DNA of 46,761 nucleotides from Perkinsus olseni (Eukaryota): NCBI GenBank assembly GCA_013115125.1, contig JABANN010000041.1, positions 62,001 to 108,761 of the forward strand, read 5' to 3'. Shown piece by piece: positions 24,425 to 35,934 of this stretch (position 1 is its first letter; each line of letters starts with the position of its first letter). The notes under the pieces were generated by a model. It saw only the letters and a program-made list of their open reading frames with translations, ran no database searches and was not told where the DNA came from. The position numbers and the translations under genes were made by a program.

Positions 24425-25218
24425 TAGCCCCATGGCAAGGGGCTCATGCTGAGCGGCTGGTATCTGTTACGAATCGCTTGGTCGTGATTCATGCTCGTTG
24501 AGCTCTCGTCATTATTAACTATTCGTACTTCTATCTACAGGGCTTGGTCTGACTGGATATGAAATCAGTACCGTCCTCGCCCTCACCCAGTACGTCCAGG
24601 GGGATCTCCTCAGGAAACGGAGAACTCACCTCCTCTGTTGAGATGAGACTCATGAGCGTTTAACCCGTTGTTTTCTTTCCCCTAGTGTTTGTCTCTGTCC
24701 TTCGCTGCCGTTGTTGTCTGTATGAGCATACACCTGCCCGTGCGGTGCCGACGGCTTCTCTGTGATTCTTTGTGGTTGTGAGCCCATCGTAGGCCGTAGT
24801 GGGTACTGTCCCCCAGGGTCACATGGCATCTGTTGAAGGAAAGTCGCGGGCTCACTCCGAGGCGTTCATCTTGCGACCATCAGAAAGTTTAACTTCGCTA
24901 TGTCTGACAGCTGGGCCGATCTTTTTGATTTGATCTGATTGGTGCTGAAGGCCCGACTAAACAGGCTTTGGCCAATAGATGTTGTCGAGACTGTTAAGAT
25001 TGTTCGTATTGCCACTGCACCACGCTGCTGCTGCCGCTGCCACTACCACTTCTGGTACTCGCTGCTGAGTACTCCTGAGCCTCGAGTTCCGCAGTGTCCT
25101 CAATCACGGGTCTATGGTCGCTGGGACGAGCGAGATACGCGTGTTCTCGCTACAGATCGCCTCCTGGCTGTTAGCGTTGTTTGAGGCTTTGCAGCCCGTT
25201 TGCTCCTTATCCTCACGC

Positions 25219-27409
25219 ATGACTTCTGATGCTTCTGCTACAGCGAGCAGCGCTACTCATGTAGTCGAGAGACCGGAGGACCAGCTCATAGATTCTCGTC
25301 GAGGCAACAGCTCGCAGTCTCTGATGAGTACACAGATTGAAGGCTGCGTCGCTGAGGGCACCACCAAGGTACGTCCGCGCCGGCCAGATCGAACTACTCC
25401 CGCGTATTGAAGTCTCCGTTCCATCAGGTCTTGGTCATATACACTGGGGGAACGGTTGGGATGCAGCCCGGGCCGGACGGAGCGCTAAGGCCGGTCAAGG
25501 GCTTCCTCAATAAGAAGATCAGCGGCCTTGAGGAGCTCAAAAAAACCGGGATGCCCTCGTTGACGGTACGGCTTCTCCCCTCAGTGGAGAGGCGATATCG
25601 TAGTGCTGCTCTAGTAGGTGATAGAGTTCGATGAGTTGATTGACAGCTCCGATGTTACTCCGAACTGCTGGAAGAAGATGGCGAAAGTAGGTAGAGGGTG
25701 CGTCTACCGTGGGACTCGAACGCGAGACTGTGTGTGGTCATCGCAGTGTTCGATGGCTCGCTTTAATCTCCGTGGGCTCAATGGCCCCTTTGGAGATTCG
25801 TGCTCGACTCGGGGGCACTACGGATGTAAATTGAATCGCTAGAATCGGCATTCTTGATGGGCCGTAGTGCTGGAGATGGCGGTTTTTTCTCGTAAACGCG
25901 CGGCTGATGCTGCCTCAGGCGATTGAAGACAATTACTACGACTATGACGGCTTCGTCGTGATCCACGGTACGGACACTATGGCCTACAGTGCGAGTGCAC
26001 TCTCTTTTATGCTGGCCAACCTTGGGAAGCCCGTTGTGTTTACGGGCTCTATCTTACCCTTTGGGGAGCCTCATAGTGATGCTAGGAGGAATCTTATCAT
26101 ATCTATCCTGCTTGCCGGTGAGAGCGTCAGAAGATACGAAGATTAAAATCTTCGCTGTGCGCGATTTTGTGTAGGTCTCTGTAGCATACCAGAGGTTTGT
26201 ATCTTCTTGAATGAACGGCTGCTGCGAGGATGCCGATCTGTTAAGGTGAGACGCCATTAGATGTCGCCGCCTCGGATCGAACCCGGGTCTGTTTGATAGG
26301 TGGACAGCGGATCCATAGCAGCCTTCGACTCTCCCAACTATCCTCCCCTGGCTACGCTCGGTGTGGACATTCACTTCAATGAGCATCTTCTATTGCCGCC
26401 GCCCAAAGGACGCTTCCATACACACACTCAGATGGAGAGCGCGATCCTCGTTGTTAGACTGGTAAGCTCACTGTGCCTTGCGAGGCAGCCCCCTCTACGA
26501 GGAGCAGTGTAGCCGTCTACTGTGTCGGTAGCGTCACGTGCTTGTCGTGCTTGGTTTGGGCTCCTCTCAGCGTGTCTCGACTAGGTCCCTGGCTTCGCCG
26601 ATTTAGAGACTCTGGCTGACAGTGCTGTCCGTGGCGTTGTGCTGCTCCTCTACGGCACAGGGAATGCTCCTGCTCGCAAGAAGAACTTCGTCTCTTGGTT
26701 GGAGAGGTAGCGGATTGGCCCTTCGCCGGTCGTGAACACCAATTTCCGCTAGGCGTGATTGCGATTGTTCAAAATAGCCGAGCGACATATCTTTGCTAAT
26801 CGCTAGCGCCACATCCTACTGGAGAGGCGCTCTGTCCATCTATCGCGCTTCTCTCTTCTTCCCCAATCCGACCGTATCTAGAAAGTACGATAGAATGCTG
26901 AAAGAGTGGTATTCTCGCTGGGAACGCCCCATCAGTACCCCTAGCTTCATACTAATCCCTCGGCCTGAGAAGGCTCCCGATGACGCTATTGTGCCCAGAA
27001 TTCTCTCTTGGAATTCTCGTTCGGGCAGTTCGGCGCTGGTTGAGGGTTCTGTCATGTATCAGGTTGATTGACCGTGGAGTAGCAGTGATCGCATGCTCTC
27101 AATGTGTGCGAGGGACGGTGGAGCTGAACGCTTATGCAGTCGGGTCCCAGCTGTCGTCGATCGGAGTTATTTCCGGCGGCGATATGACGTGCGAGGCTGC
27201 CGTTACCAAACTCAGCTACCTTCTCGGACGGGGTCTCTCGCCTAGCCAGATTAGGAGCGCCTTTAACATGTCCATACGCGGAGAGATCTCTCTGGTAGTA
27301 GGGGAAGTCTCTGGGCTCACCATAGGGGTGTTGAATACTTGATTGCTTTCAGAACGGCCGTCACGACGACCTCTTCAAGGGTTTTGGGGGAGTTGTATCC
27401 AAGTTGTGA
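25219..27409 (+). CDS. Type I L-asparaginase (AnsA-like), 9 exons, C-terminal -SKL
   Basis: VLVIYTGGTVGM, DSSD, DGFVVIHGTDTMAY, KPVVFTGS, DARRNL, AFDSPN, YGTGNAP, SQC and GDMTCEAAVTKL are hallmark asparaginase motifs. The last exon reads NGRHDDLFKGFGGVVSKL*. Confidence 0.92.
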
Positions 27410-27704
27410 ATAGTAATAGCATGTATACTGGAGCAAGTGGACGGAAGTAGAACTAAAGGAAAATTCTAAATTCACTCACGGACGGCCCTGCAAAGAGATA
27501 TCAGGGCTCGTCTCCGACAGACTGTCGGCCCTCAATCACTATTACTACTATTATCTCCCGTTCCTTGGCCGCAATGCGCAACAGGCCTTTCGCTGCACTG
27601 CCTTCGCGTTGCGTTTTCTACTGGTCTCTTGAAAGTGGTTAAAGAACTTGATAGTCTGTATACAAGGCTTCCGTACGAAAGTCTCCATCGCAGTTGTATT
27701 TTTA

Positions 27705-28448
27705 ATGATTTTGCGGCGATCTCGAGGTCTTCTGGCGGAGCTAGTTGGTGACCACATACACCCCTTCCGCGTCAACGTCACTGGCTTGCACTACGGCACG
27801 ACGGTGGCAGACGTACGGGCCCTTTTCAGAGGTGTTCAGGCTCGGCTCCCTGGCCTGCACGGCCTTGCTATTCTTTGAAGGACAGCTAGTGGTGTCAGAT
27901 TACAAGTCGATTCCTCAAGTTGGCGGGGTTCAGCTGGCGGCGCCGACATCGCGAGACAAAGGGACTCCGTTCTTCACCGGTCGAGCTTGGGTCACGTTCG
28001 AGAATCCTGAGGAGGTGGACGGGTGCAGCACTCGTCGGCTGACCTGCTGTACCTATTTTGTAGGCCGTCCATGCTTCGGAGGCTATGAATGGGCGGTTCG
28101 TCCACAGCGTCGATGGGGGATGGCGGAGGGTGGCGGTGTTTTGCAACTTCTCCGGGCCGAAGATCGTCAGGTAGGATCGATGGAGTCTCGAGTGCGGTCT
28201 TGTGCATGGTAGTGGCGGACGGAGTTGGTCCAGCGCTCTGGGGTGGTCGGTTTTGCGTAGTGCCGTTGGTTTGTTTCAGGGAGGAAAAGTGGCCACCAGT
28301 GCCTGATGAATATCGTTTGCGGAAGGTGACAGCGTTGAAGGCGGTGGGCGGACGGAAGTTCAATCACTTCCCGATCATGACGTTGAACGAGCAGAAGCAT
28401 CGCCGTCGATGGAAGATCGGCAATTGGCCGAGAGCTCACAAGGCATGA
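27705..28448 (+). CDS. Small RRM protein with basic tail (possibly mitochondrial)
   Basis: Four exons give RNP2-like VNVTGLHY, RNP1-like TGRAWVTF and EEAVHASEAMNG. The Arg-rich N-terminus MILRRSRGLLA resembles a presequence. Confidence 0.7.
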
Positions 28449-28733
28449 TGTGGGCCTCCTCTGGTGGAGGAAGTTTCTGAACTGCTATGCGTTGAGTTCG
28501 AGTTTGCCGAGGAGGTTCTCGGCAGTACAGTGATAGCCACTGCAACTCGTTCACCGGATCTAGCCTATTGTCTGTACATGCTCGGCATTATGAAGAGCGA
28601 GGTAATCTCGGTATTGGTCGATTCCAGAAAGCTAAGGTCATTCCGTTGAGCTGAATTCTCATTCAGCCGCAGAGGAGTTGGGTGACGGCGTTAGTTTGCT
28701 TTGGGTATTGTCTCTCTTGCAAGTGCTCATCTC

Positions 28734-29989
28734 ATGACGGTGGAGAGTCGGCGGCGAAGCTCATGGAAGATCGAAGATTATGAGAACTGTAGTGCTGAGG
28801 CGGATGCGCGCCGGGGCTCTGGGGCCTTAGATACCACGCGGTTGCGGAAGGACCATGAACAACTCGTGAAGGAGTATGCTCAGTTAAAGTAGTACTGTAA
28901 GGCTCGTTTTGGCGTTGTTTCGATGTCGTAGACAGCCACGCTGGGAAGGGGCAGATTCCTTGCAGGCTACTACCCGTCTCAGATCACTATTCTTTGCGAA
29001 CCTTCGTACCACGCTCGTGTCTAGGCGGCCGCCTTTGATGAGTTTCCGAAGGGGCTCTTCCATTAGCAGACCACGCTCACCATTGGAAACGGTCCGCGAA
29101 GAGGCCGATGATATCACCACTACTCCTGTCGTGGAAGATATCAGCAGGACCCCTGTCGTTGAGGAGATTGACAAGAGCCCCGTCGGGGAGGAGATTGACA
29201 GAACCCCCGTCGGGGAGGAGATTGACAGGAGCCCTGTCGCGGAGGAGATTGACAGGAGCCCCGTCGTGGAGGAGATTAATAGGGCGCCTGTGATGAGGAA
29301 TGCAGTATCGCCGCCACCATGCGACGCACTCGATGCCTACAGTGTTGTGGACCCTTATGAAGCGAACCAGCCTTTCTCCAGGGAGAATAATGGACTGGAC
29401 AGGGAGCTTGGTGAATTGGCAGCAGTTGGAACTTCGGATAGATACTCACCTTCGCTGCGCAGCTCGGTGGTAGTACATGCTTCGGGATCCTCCGGGTACA
29501 GTTCCTATTGCATTGTAGGGCGCTAGCGGAACCAGCTCGAGTCTATCTTTTGCCAACCTCGGCTCTCTTGAGGAGGACGACGAACCGGAAGTGGCTTCGG
29601 CCAGGCGTTCGCTCGCCACGTGTAGCGACTTGACGTCCTACCGATCGGACGGTGACACAGGAAGCAGTCCTTCGAGCGTAGGAGCGGCATCCTCTCACGC
29701 CAATGAGGACGTTAGCGAGGAGGAATGTGACTGGCCCGGCTTGCTATGGTAGCTAGGAGGAACCCAAGCAGTGCAGCCTCCGATCTACAGGTTTGCTCCT
29801 GAGCCCGCTCGGGCGGTCGGACTAGGCCAGGGTCCCGGTTTCCATCCTGATCGAGTTGGACACCCGGTCGTAGAGAAGGGGGAATATCCGATGTCTCCAG
29901 AGTGTCATTCAAGGGAAGATTCTTCTCGACGCGACTCGACTACAACGTGCAGCAGCCTCGAGTCTTATGTTTCCTCCGAGGATGAGTGA
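28734..29989 (+). CDS. Ser/acidic low-complexity hypothetical protein with 9-aa repeats
   Basis: GT-AG splicing gives a continuous frame from MTVESRRRSS to ...LESYVSSEDE*. Confidence 0.6.
29122..29292 (+). repeat. Coding 27-bp tandem repeat, about 6.3 copies, encoding (S/T)PV(V/G/A)EEIDR
   Basis: Read directly as TPVVEDISR TPVVEEIDK SPVGEEIDR TPVGEEIDR SPVAEEIDR SPVVEEINR APV. Confidence 0.93.
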
Positions 29990-30447
29990 AGAACGGAGAA
30001 GGCTTGCTTCACTTGATGGCCGCAACCGTCACGCATGTATCATTATCAACTCAGCCGGCAATGTTGTTCACCGCCGTGTGTTGTGCTCAGTGATGGCCGA
30101 GGACCATTCGGCGTCCACGGAATGGTCGTTGGTTTCACGAGGATCTGAGTAGACTTTCTGAGTAGCTGCGGGGTTCTGCTCGGCTGGTCAGTGTACTCTT
30201 GCACCCTCGGATACTTCGAGGGTGGCAAATGGTTCGAGGGATCAACCCGGCTGAGGAGTATCCAACAGAGGCTCGTTGCTGCACTAGATTGGTCCTGAGT
30301 TGACTCGAACGCTGCTATGCATGTGATATACTCTGGAAGGAGTTACCCGCTCTTCTTGCGAATTTTATTGAGTATTTGGGTGATACCCGGGTGGGGGTTG
30401 CAGGAGCGAATGACTTGATCAATCGATGAGCAGTTGAATTCCACTGC

Positions 30448-32426
30448 ATGGCACGACGCTCCGGCGCAGGAGGGGCTGCAGCAGGGGCGGAGCCGGTTCG
30501 AGCGCTAACGTACTACGAGAGTCCACACAAGAAGGGCGCTATGGTCACGGTACTTGTACCGGGGTATATGGCGAAGGTCGAGAAGACCGTACCGCTGGTA
30601 GGCCGAGACGGTTGTTCAGTTCGCTCTACGCATGGTCATTTTTCGAAGCAGGTGAACAAAGGGGATGTCCTTCAAGCGTACCGAGGACTTCCTACCAATG
30701 CCAAGCAGGAGCTGCTCACCATCGTCGATGCAGATTTGGTGTCTCGGATAAACGAGATCGATATGGTAGGCCTGACGCTGAGTGTGGCCGGGGTGGAATC
30801 TCCTCTTTCAGAATGCAAAGAAGGAGGACCTCCGCGTAATACGGCAGCATCCTAAGCCCAAGAGGCTTGTGGGCCTCTCAGCCTTCTATGCGTTCAACAG
30901 CACCAAACTCATGCAAGGAATTCTCGATTCTTCGGGAGTGCAAGGTGAGAGTGAAGCCCATTAGATGTCTTCTCGCCACCCTAGCCCGCTCTCAGCCCTC
31001 GCTCACGATCGTAGCGTCAAGCCCGATGTGATGCAGCCTAAGTACCACACGGTGCTCGGCGATACCTTGCTGCCGGTAGGCATCTGGATCAGTATGCCCG
31101 TCTTGCGAACTCCGTTCTATCAGTTCATCCAAGAACGATGCGAAGATTTCCTCTCCAACACTAAGAGAATGCGTTCGAGGATTGTACGGCGAACAGAGGT
31201 AGGACTCCCGTGCTTCCAACTCCAAGCCACAGAAGAGACGAGCGGTTCGCAGAAGATCATGACTGATAGTCATTGACTATCCAAAACAGCCGGCGTCGCT
31301 CGATCATTTCGGTCGTAGACTGCGATTCTTTCTTCCCTCAGCTGTGGTATCGACTGACGGACTTCGCCACGAGCGACCCAAGGCATGTGGTGGTCGATGG
31401 TATTGTTGCCCAGGCTGTCGAATTCGTAAGGAGAAATGGTCACTGGTCGCAGCAATGATGCGTTCTGATGTTTTTCAGCGTATACTGAGCGAGTACTATA
31501 AAGACAAGTTTGCGTCCCTTCGGAGCAAATACGAGGAGGCATCCCCCACACCCGGCAAGGAAGCCCAGAGGAAGTCTAACGGTTCGGTATCCACTGACTT
31601 CGAGGATCAGCAGCAACAGCGGTCTCGAACAGCCCAGTCCAAAAAGAAACCGAAGCCGAAGACCGCCCCGGCTAAGCGACCACCGGCTGCTATCCTTGAG
31701 TCGAAAAATGGAGCTACTCTTCCGTCGGTTAGTGCGAAATCAGAACCATCGGCTGCTCGCAGGGCCCGATCGAAGTCGCGGACGTCTTCCTCCTCTTCCA
31801 CCTCCCGTTCGTCCTCATCAAGTAGCACTTCATCATCATCCTCCTCCTCAAGTTCCTCTTCGATTGCCTCGTTCTTGTTCAACGTGATGATGACCTCGGA
31901 TGAATCTTCATCGGAGACGTCGTTGTCTTCGATGCTATCCGATCTTGAATCGGATGTCCGAGGCTTCGGGGCCCCGACGCTTCCGCTACGACCACAGTGT
32001 CGGGGGCCTCCCATGAAGACCAGTGAAGGCCGAGAAGCTGCCCAGGGTGGCGGATGGCATACAGTCAAGAAATCAAGGGCGAAGAAAGGCTCGGTATCTA
32101 ATGCTTCTGAAGGCCCTAAAGTGTCCGCGTTGATGTCGCCAAGGCGCGCGGCTCGGCGTCAGGCTGCAGCAAAGGCGGCGGCAGCAGAAGCATCGAGAGC
32201 AACAGCAGCAGCAACAGCGGCACCACCACCGTCGCAAATGACGAGGCCCGAGAAGGCTGCTGCGGTACCGGAGTCTGGGAAGTCTCATGAACCACGTCAC
32301 GTGAAGCCTGGTTACCCTGAAGAAATGTTAACAGTGAAACGTACTTTCATCCATATTGATGAGGAGCCTGCTGATGAGTGTCTTCGTTACCATCCAAGCA
32401 TGCTACCAAAGGAGGCCCCTTTTTGA
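30448..32426 (+). CDS. Multi-exon hypothetical protein with folded N-half and Ser/Lys-rich C-half
   Basis: Exons joined by ~45-55 nt GT-AG introns from MARRSGAGG to ...LTVKRTFIHIDEEP...KEAPF*. Poly-Ser tract near 31780-31860. Confidence 0.65.
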
Positions 32427-33230
32427 GGTGTCGACCAATGGTTGTTATGCGTCTTGTATATCTATGTATTCTTGTCTACGCTTTGTTATGCTCCTCTCGA
32501 CGCTCAGACTCTTTTGAACAGATCAACGTCGTAACGGGCTCCCGACTGGGAGCATTATCATCACCATTACTATACCCTTTCGAGCACACTAGTGTATCTC
32601 TGCTACTTCCCCCATAAGGTTGAGAAGCTCAACCCAGGAGCTGCAGTTACTTCCTGTTTACCCGCCATTGCCGCCTCCGTCATGTTGAAGATTGGCGGGG
32701 GAAGAGCCAGTAGATGCAGGCTGCATCATGCAGCACCTACTTTGTGAAAATTGATCTCGCTAGTCAGTGTGGTTGGGTTGTCAATGAGAATGCTTTTTGA
32801 GAGCGACTGTTAGAACTGTCTAACTCTAGCTGCTTTACAATCTTCAGCTGAACAACTTCTTTGTATTGACGAGAATTCGTTCTGCGCAGAACACAGTAAC
32901 TGTCCCGAAGCATGAGGGCCAGGCGGCCGGATGTTCCTGTCCAGTGCAGGCCTCCAGGAGTCGCTCCTAGAGAGCAGCACTTTCCGTGTGCAAAGAGGAA
33001 TATGATCTTTCCTCTTTCCGCAGCGAGCCTGCACCACCCTGGATGACGCAGACAGTGCGTCACGTAAGACAGAGTACACAAATTGACGCTAGGATATCTG
33101 ATAGCTAGGGTTGGGGTCACTCAATGCTAGTAATACTAGTGAGACACGGGATAAATGTGATCGCAATTAGAAAGGTCTTGTGCATATGTTTTGAGCAGTT
33201 GAAGTTTTTGACACCTCCAGTCACTCGAAA

Positions 33231-33689
33231 ATGATGCGCCTCATCTCTTCGTTGTTCGTGCTTGGCTCAGTCACGGCTGATTGGAGCTACTGCCAGGACT
33301 TGTGTGATGCTACTCCTGGTTGCAAGAACTATGGTTGGGGTTCCTATTGCAAGGGTAACGGCGTATGCTTCGGCCTGCTCGATATGGGTGATGGCGGCTA
33401 TTGTTTCGAGCCGACTGACGGTTTCAACGGTGGTTACTGCAGCGACAAGGTCTACAGCCCCGTCTCATGTCCGGTCGTTGATAAGACCTGCGAGGACCTT
33501 TGTGCTGAGACCCCTAAGTGCAAGAATTCCAAGTGGGGATCCTATTGCAAGAATTATGTCGGCCAGCCCGGCCCCTACAAGTGCTTCGGATTGTATCATT
33601 CCGACAAGCCTCATCTTTGCTATGAACCTGTTGAGGGTGATAAGTGTGACGAGAGTTCACCCGTCTATTGTCCGACAGAGATGGACTAA
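33231..33689 (+). CDS. Secreted Cys-rich protein, two 8-Cys modules (copy 1), intronless
   Basis: 152 aa with a signal-peptide-like MMRLISSLFVLGSVTA and the module CxxxC-x5-CKNxxWGSYCK...CFGL...CxEP...C...PVxCP present twice. Confidence 0.88.
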   Translation: MMRLISSLFVLGSVTADWSYCQDLCDATPGCKNYGWGSYCKGNGVCFGLLDMGDGGYCFEPTDGFNGGYCSDKVYSPVSCPVVDKTCEDLCAETPKCKNSKWGSYCKNYVGQPGPYKCFGLYHSDKPHLCYEPVEGDKCDESSPVYCPTEMD

Positions 33690-34969
33690 ATTGCTATTTG
33701 CTATTGATTTTTGATTTCCAGGTGGCGTAGTTAGCTATAATAGTGTATTTTAAGCCCTCGATTCATTGTGAGTTGTGATATCCACCTGTTATGTGATTTG
33801 TGGCGTTGTGTTGCTGTTAATATCAGATATGTCTTAGTCATCTGGTTCGGTCTGATGCACGTTAAAGTCTGAGCCCCAACCATCTCGCGTGTACAGCGCT
33901 GTACGAAGAAGCTTATGTATAGAGCTGCACGTCTCTTAGTCTACATGAGTTTAGTCGCTAGTGTTGCTCAATGGCGTTGAGTCCACTCTGGCCGATAGCA
34001 TGTTTTACCCTGCCGGTGTTCGTTGGTTGGCAGTTTTCAGTAGTAGTAACAACTAGGTATGTGGAAGGTTGAGTCGTAGAGATTCTCCGGCTTGCATGAC
34101 GAGATAGGCCTGACAATCATCTGAGCGTTCATCAACATTCAGTGGCTTCTCGTTCAAAGTGCTCGAATCTCGCGAGGTGGCAAGGAAACGCGAGGTAGAT
34201 AATAGTTCTGAATACCAACATTCCACAACTATCAGCCATTGTATTGCACCTCGGAGTGGATAAGCGGCAGTTCGCCTACCGATGATGCGGTGTATCGAAG
34301 CTCATACCTCACAGGTCTTGACCATGCTTCCGCTCTAGCTCGCTTGGGGAGCATTTTTGTGATATTTGAAACGTGTAATGCTGGCAAACAGGAAATGTAC
34401 GCCGAGTCCCGCTCGACGAGTAAGTATAATTTGCGGTCAGATCAGCGACTAGTCAGATTGACCACATCAGGCGTCCTCATCGTCACAAAGCGGATACGCT
34501 CCTGAAAAACAAAACCAAAAGCGAGCGTTAATCTACCGATCTCCTTCAGTGTTCACTCGGCGGAGCTCAGGCTTCATGAATCATCTGCCAACCCCAGACT
34601 AATCGAGTATTTTTTTGGTAGAAACCGTTATTCCGTACTCACTTAGTCATATATGAAATCTTTTCGACGTGGTCTTGGCCGAGAGGGAAGAGGTATCACC
34701 TTCCTCGACTGCAGCTACCAGGTCCAAGGCTCCTTGGGTACAATCAGGTTCGGAGTGAAACGCCGAGCGACAGCACTATGAGCCAGCTGCCCTGCTGAGC
34801 TTCTAGAAGACAGCACACAGGCGTAGTCGATGCGCACAAGCGCTATGCTAGCAGTCTCTCAGTCCTTCAATGGACTAGAATGTCACTTGTCCATTTTTGT
34901 AATTGTGCAATCGATTGGGAACTTGCCATAGAAGGAATTTGTCAGGTTTCTTCAAGTTCCGAGTTTTCC

Positions 34970-35428
34970 ATGATGCGCCTCCTCTCATCCTTCTTCATTC
35001 TCGGCTCAGTCGCAGCTGACTGGAGCTACTGTCAGGACCTGTGTGATGCTACCCCTGGTTGCAAGAACTATGGTTGGGGTTCCTATTGCAAGGGTAACGG
35101 CGTCTGCTTCGGCCTACTCGATATGGGTGATGGCGGCTATTGTTTCGAGCCGACTGATGGTTTCAACGGTGGTTATTGCAGCGACAAGGTCTACAGCCCC
35201 GTCTCATGTCCGGTCGTTGATAAGACCTGTGAGGACCTTTGTGCTGAGACCCCCAAGTGCAAGAATTCCAAGTGGGGATCCTATTGCAAGAAGTATGTCG
35301 GCCAGCCCGGCCCCTATGTGTGCTTCGGATTGTATCATTCCGACAAGCCTCACCTTTGCTATGAACCTGTTGAGGGTGATAAGTGTGATGACAGCTCACC
35401 CGTCTATTGTCCTTCCGAAATGGATTAG
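34970..35428 (+). CDS. Secreted Cys-rich protein, two 8-Cys modules (copy 2), intronless
   Basis: Near-identical paralogue of 33231-33689 with the same length. Confidence 0.88.
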   Translation: MMRLLSSFFILGSVAADWSYCQDLCDATPGCKNYGWGSYCKGNGVCFGLLDMGDGGYCFEPTDGFNGGYCSDKVYSPVSCPVVDKTCEDLCAETPKCKNSKWGSYCKKYVGQPGPYVCFGLYHSDKPHLCYEPVEGDKCDDSSPVYCPSEMD

Positions 35429-35934
35429 GCTCTTCCCCTATGGATATGAGTAGCTTCAAGACGCCCTTCGTAGTTCTAGAGTGGGCTCTCCTAAGTTGTG
35501 TTTTCAAAACTCTGGGGTGTAGTGTTGGCGATTAGGATGTGGGTTAGAAAGGCGGGACTGGGGTTTGCAATGTGGGAGAGTAAACGAGTTTAGATAGTCG
35601 TGAATCAACTCGCATGATATTTTCATGTAGATCGAATGGCATCCGAACGGAGTTTCAACCTCATGCTTGTTCGCTGTACTGAACCTAGTAAATAGAGACT
35701 CTATTATAGAGTCAGTGAGGTGGGTATGGTTGAACTCGATTGAAAATACGCCGGATGATCGAGGGGGGGGGAGCAGGGCAAGAATGTTGGTTGCGGATTG
35801 CTACTGCAGTGTGTGAATTGTCATGAACTTGGGTAAGAGGAGGAAAGGCCGCCCCCCGCCGATCGACACCGATTTGTATTCGCCCGCCCGGTCTACAGGC
35901 AGTGAAGATCTGAGGTAGCCGAGGTTGCCTTGGG

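Noticed and set aside
31607-32068. Acidic minus-strand ORF, and similar antisense ORFs at 39394-39864, 12710-13141 and 45065-45430
   Set aside because: These are shadows of low-complexity or codon-biased genes on the opposite strand.
32430-35930. tRNA, rRNA, snRNA or SL-RNA genes in the longer spacers
   Set aside because: I recognised no cloverleaf or conserved U1/U2/U5/U6/SL signatures by eye. A covariance-model search would be needed to exclude them.
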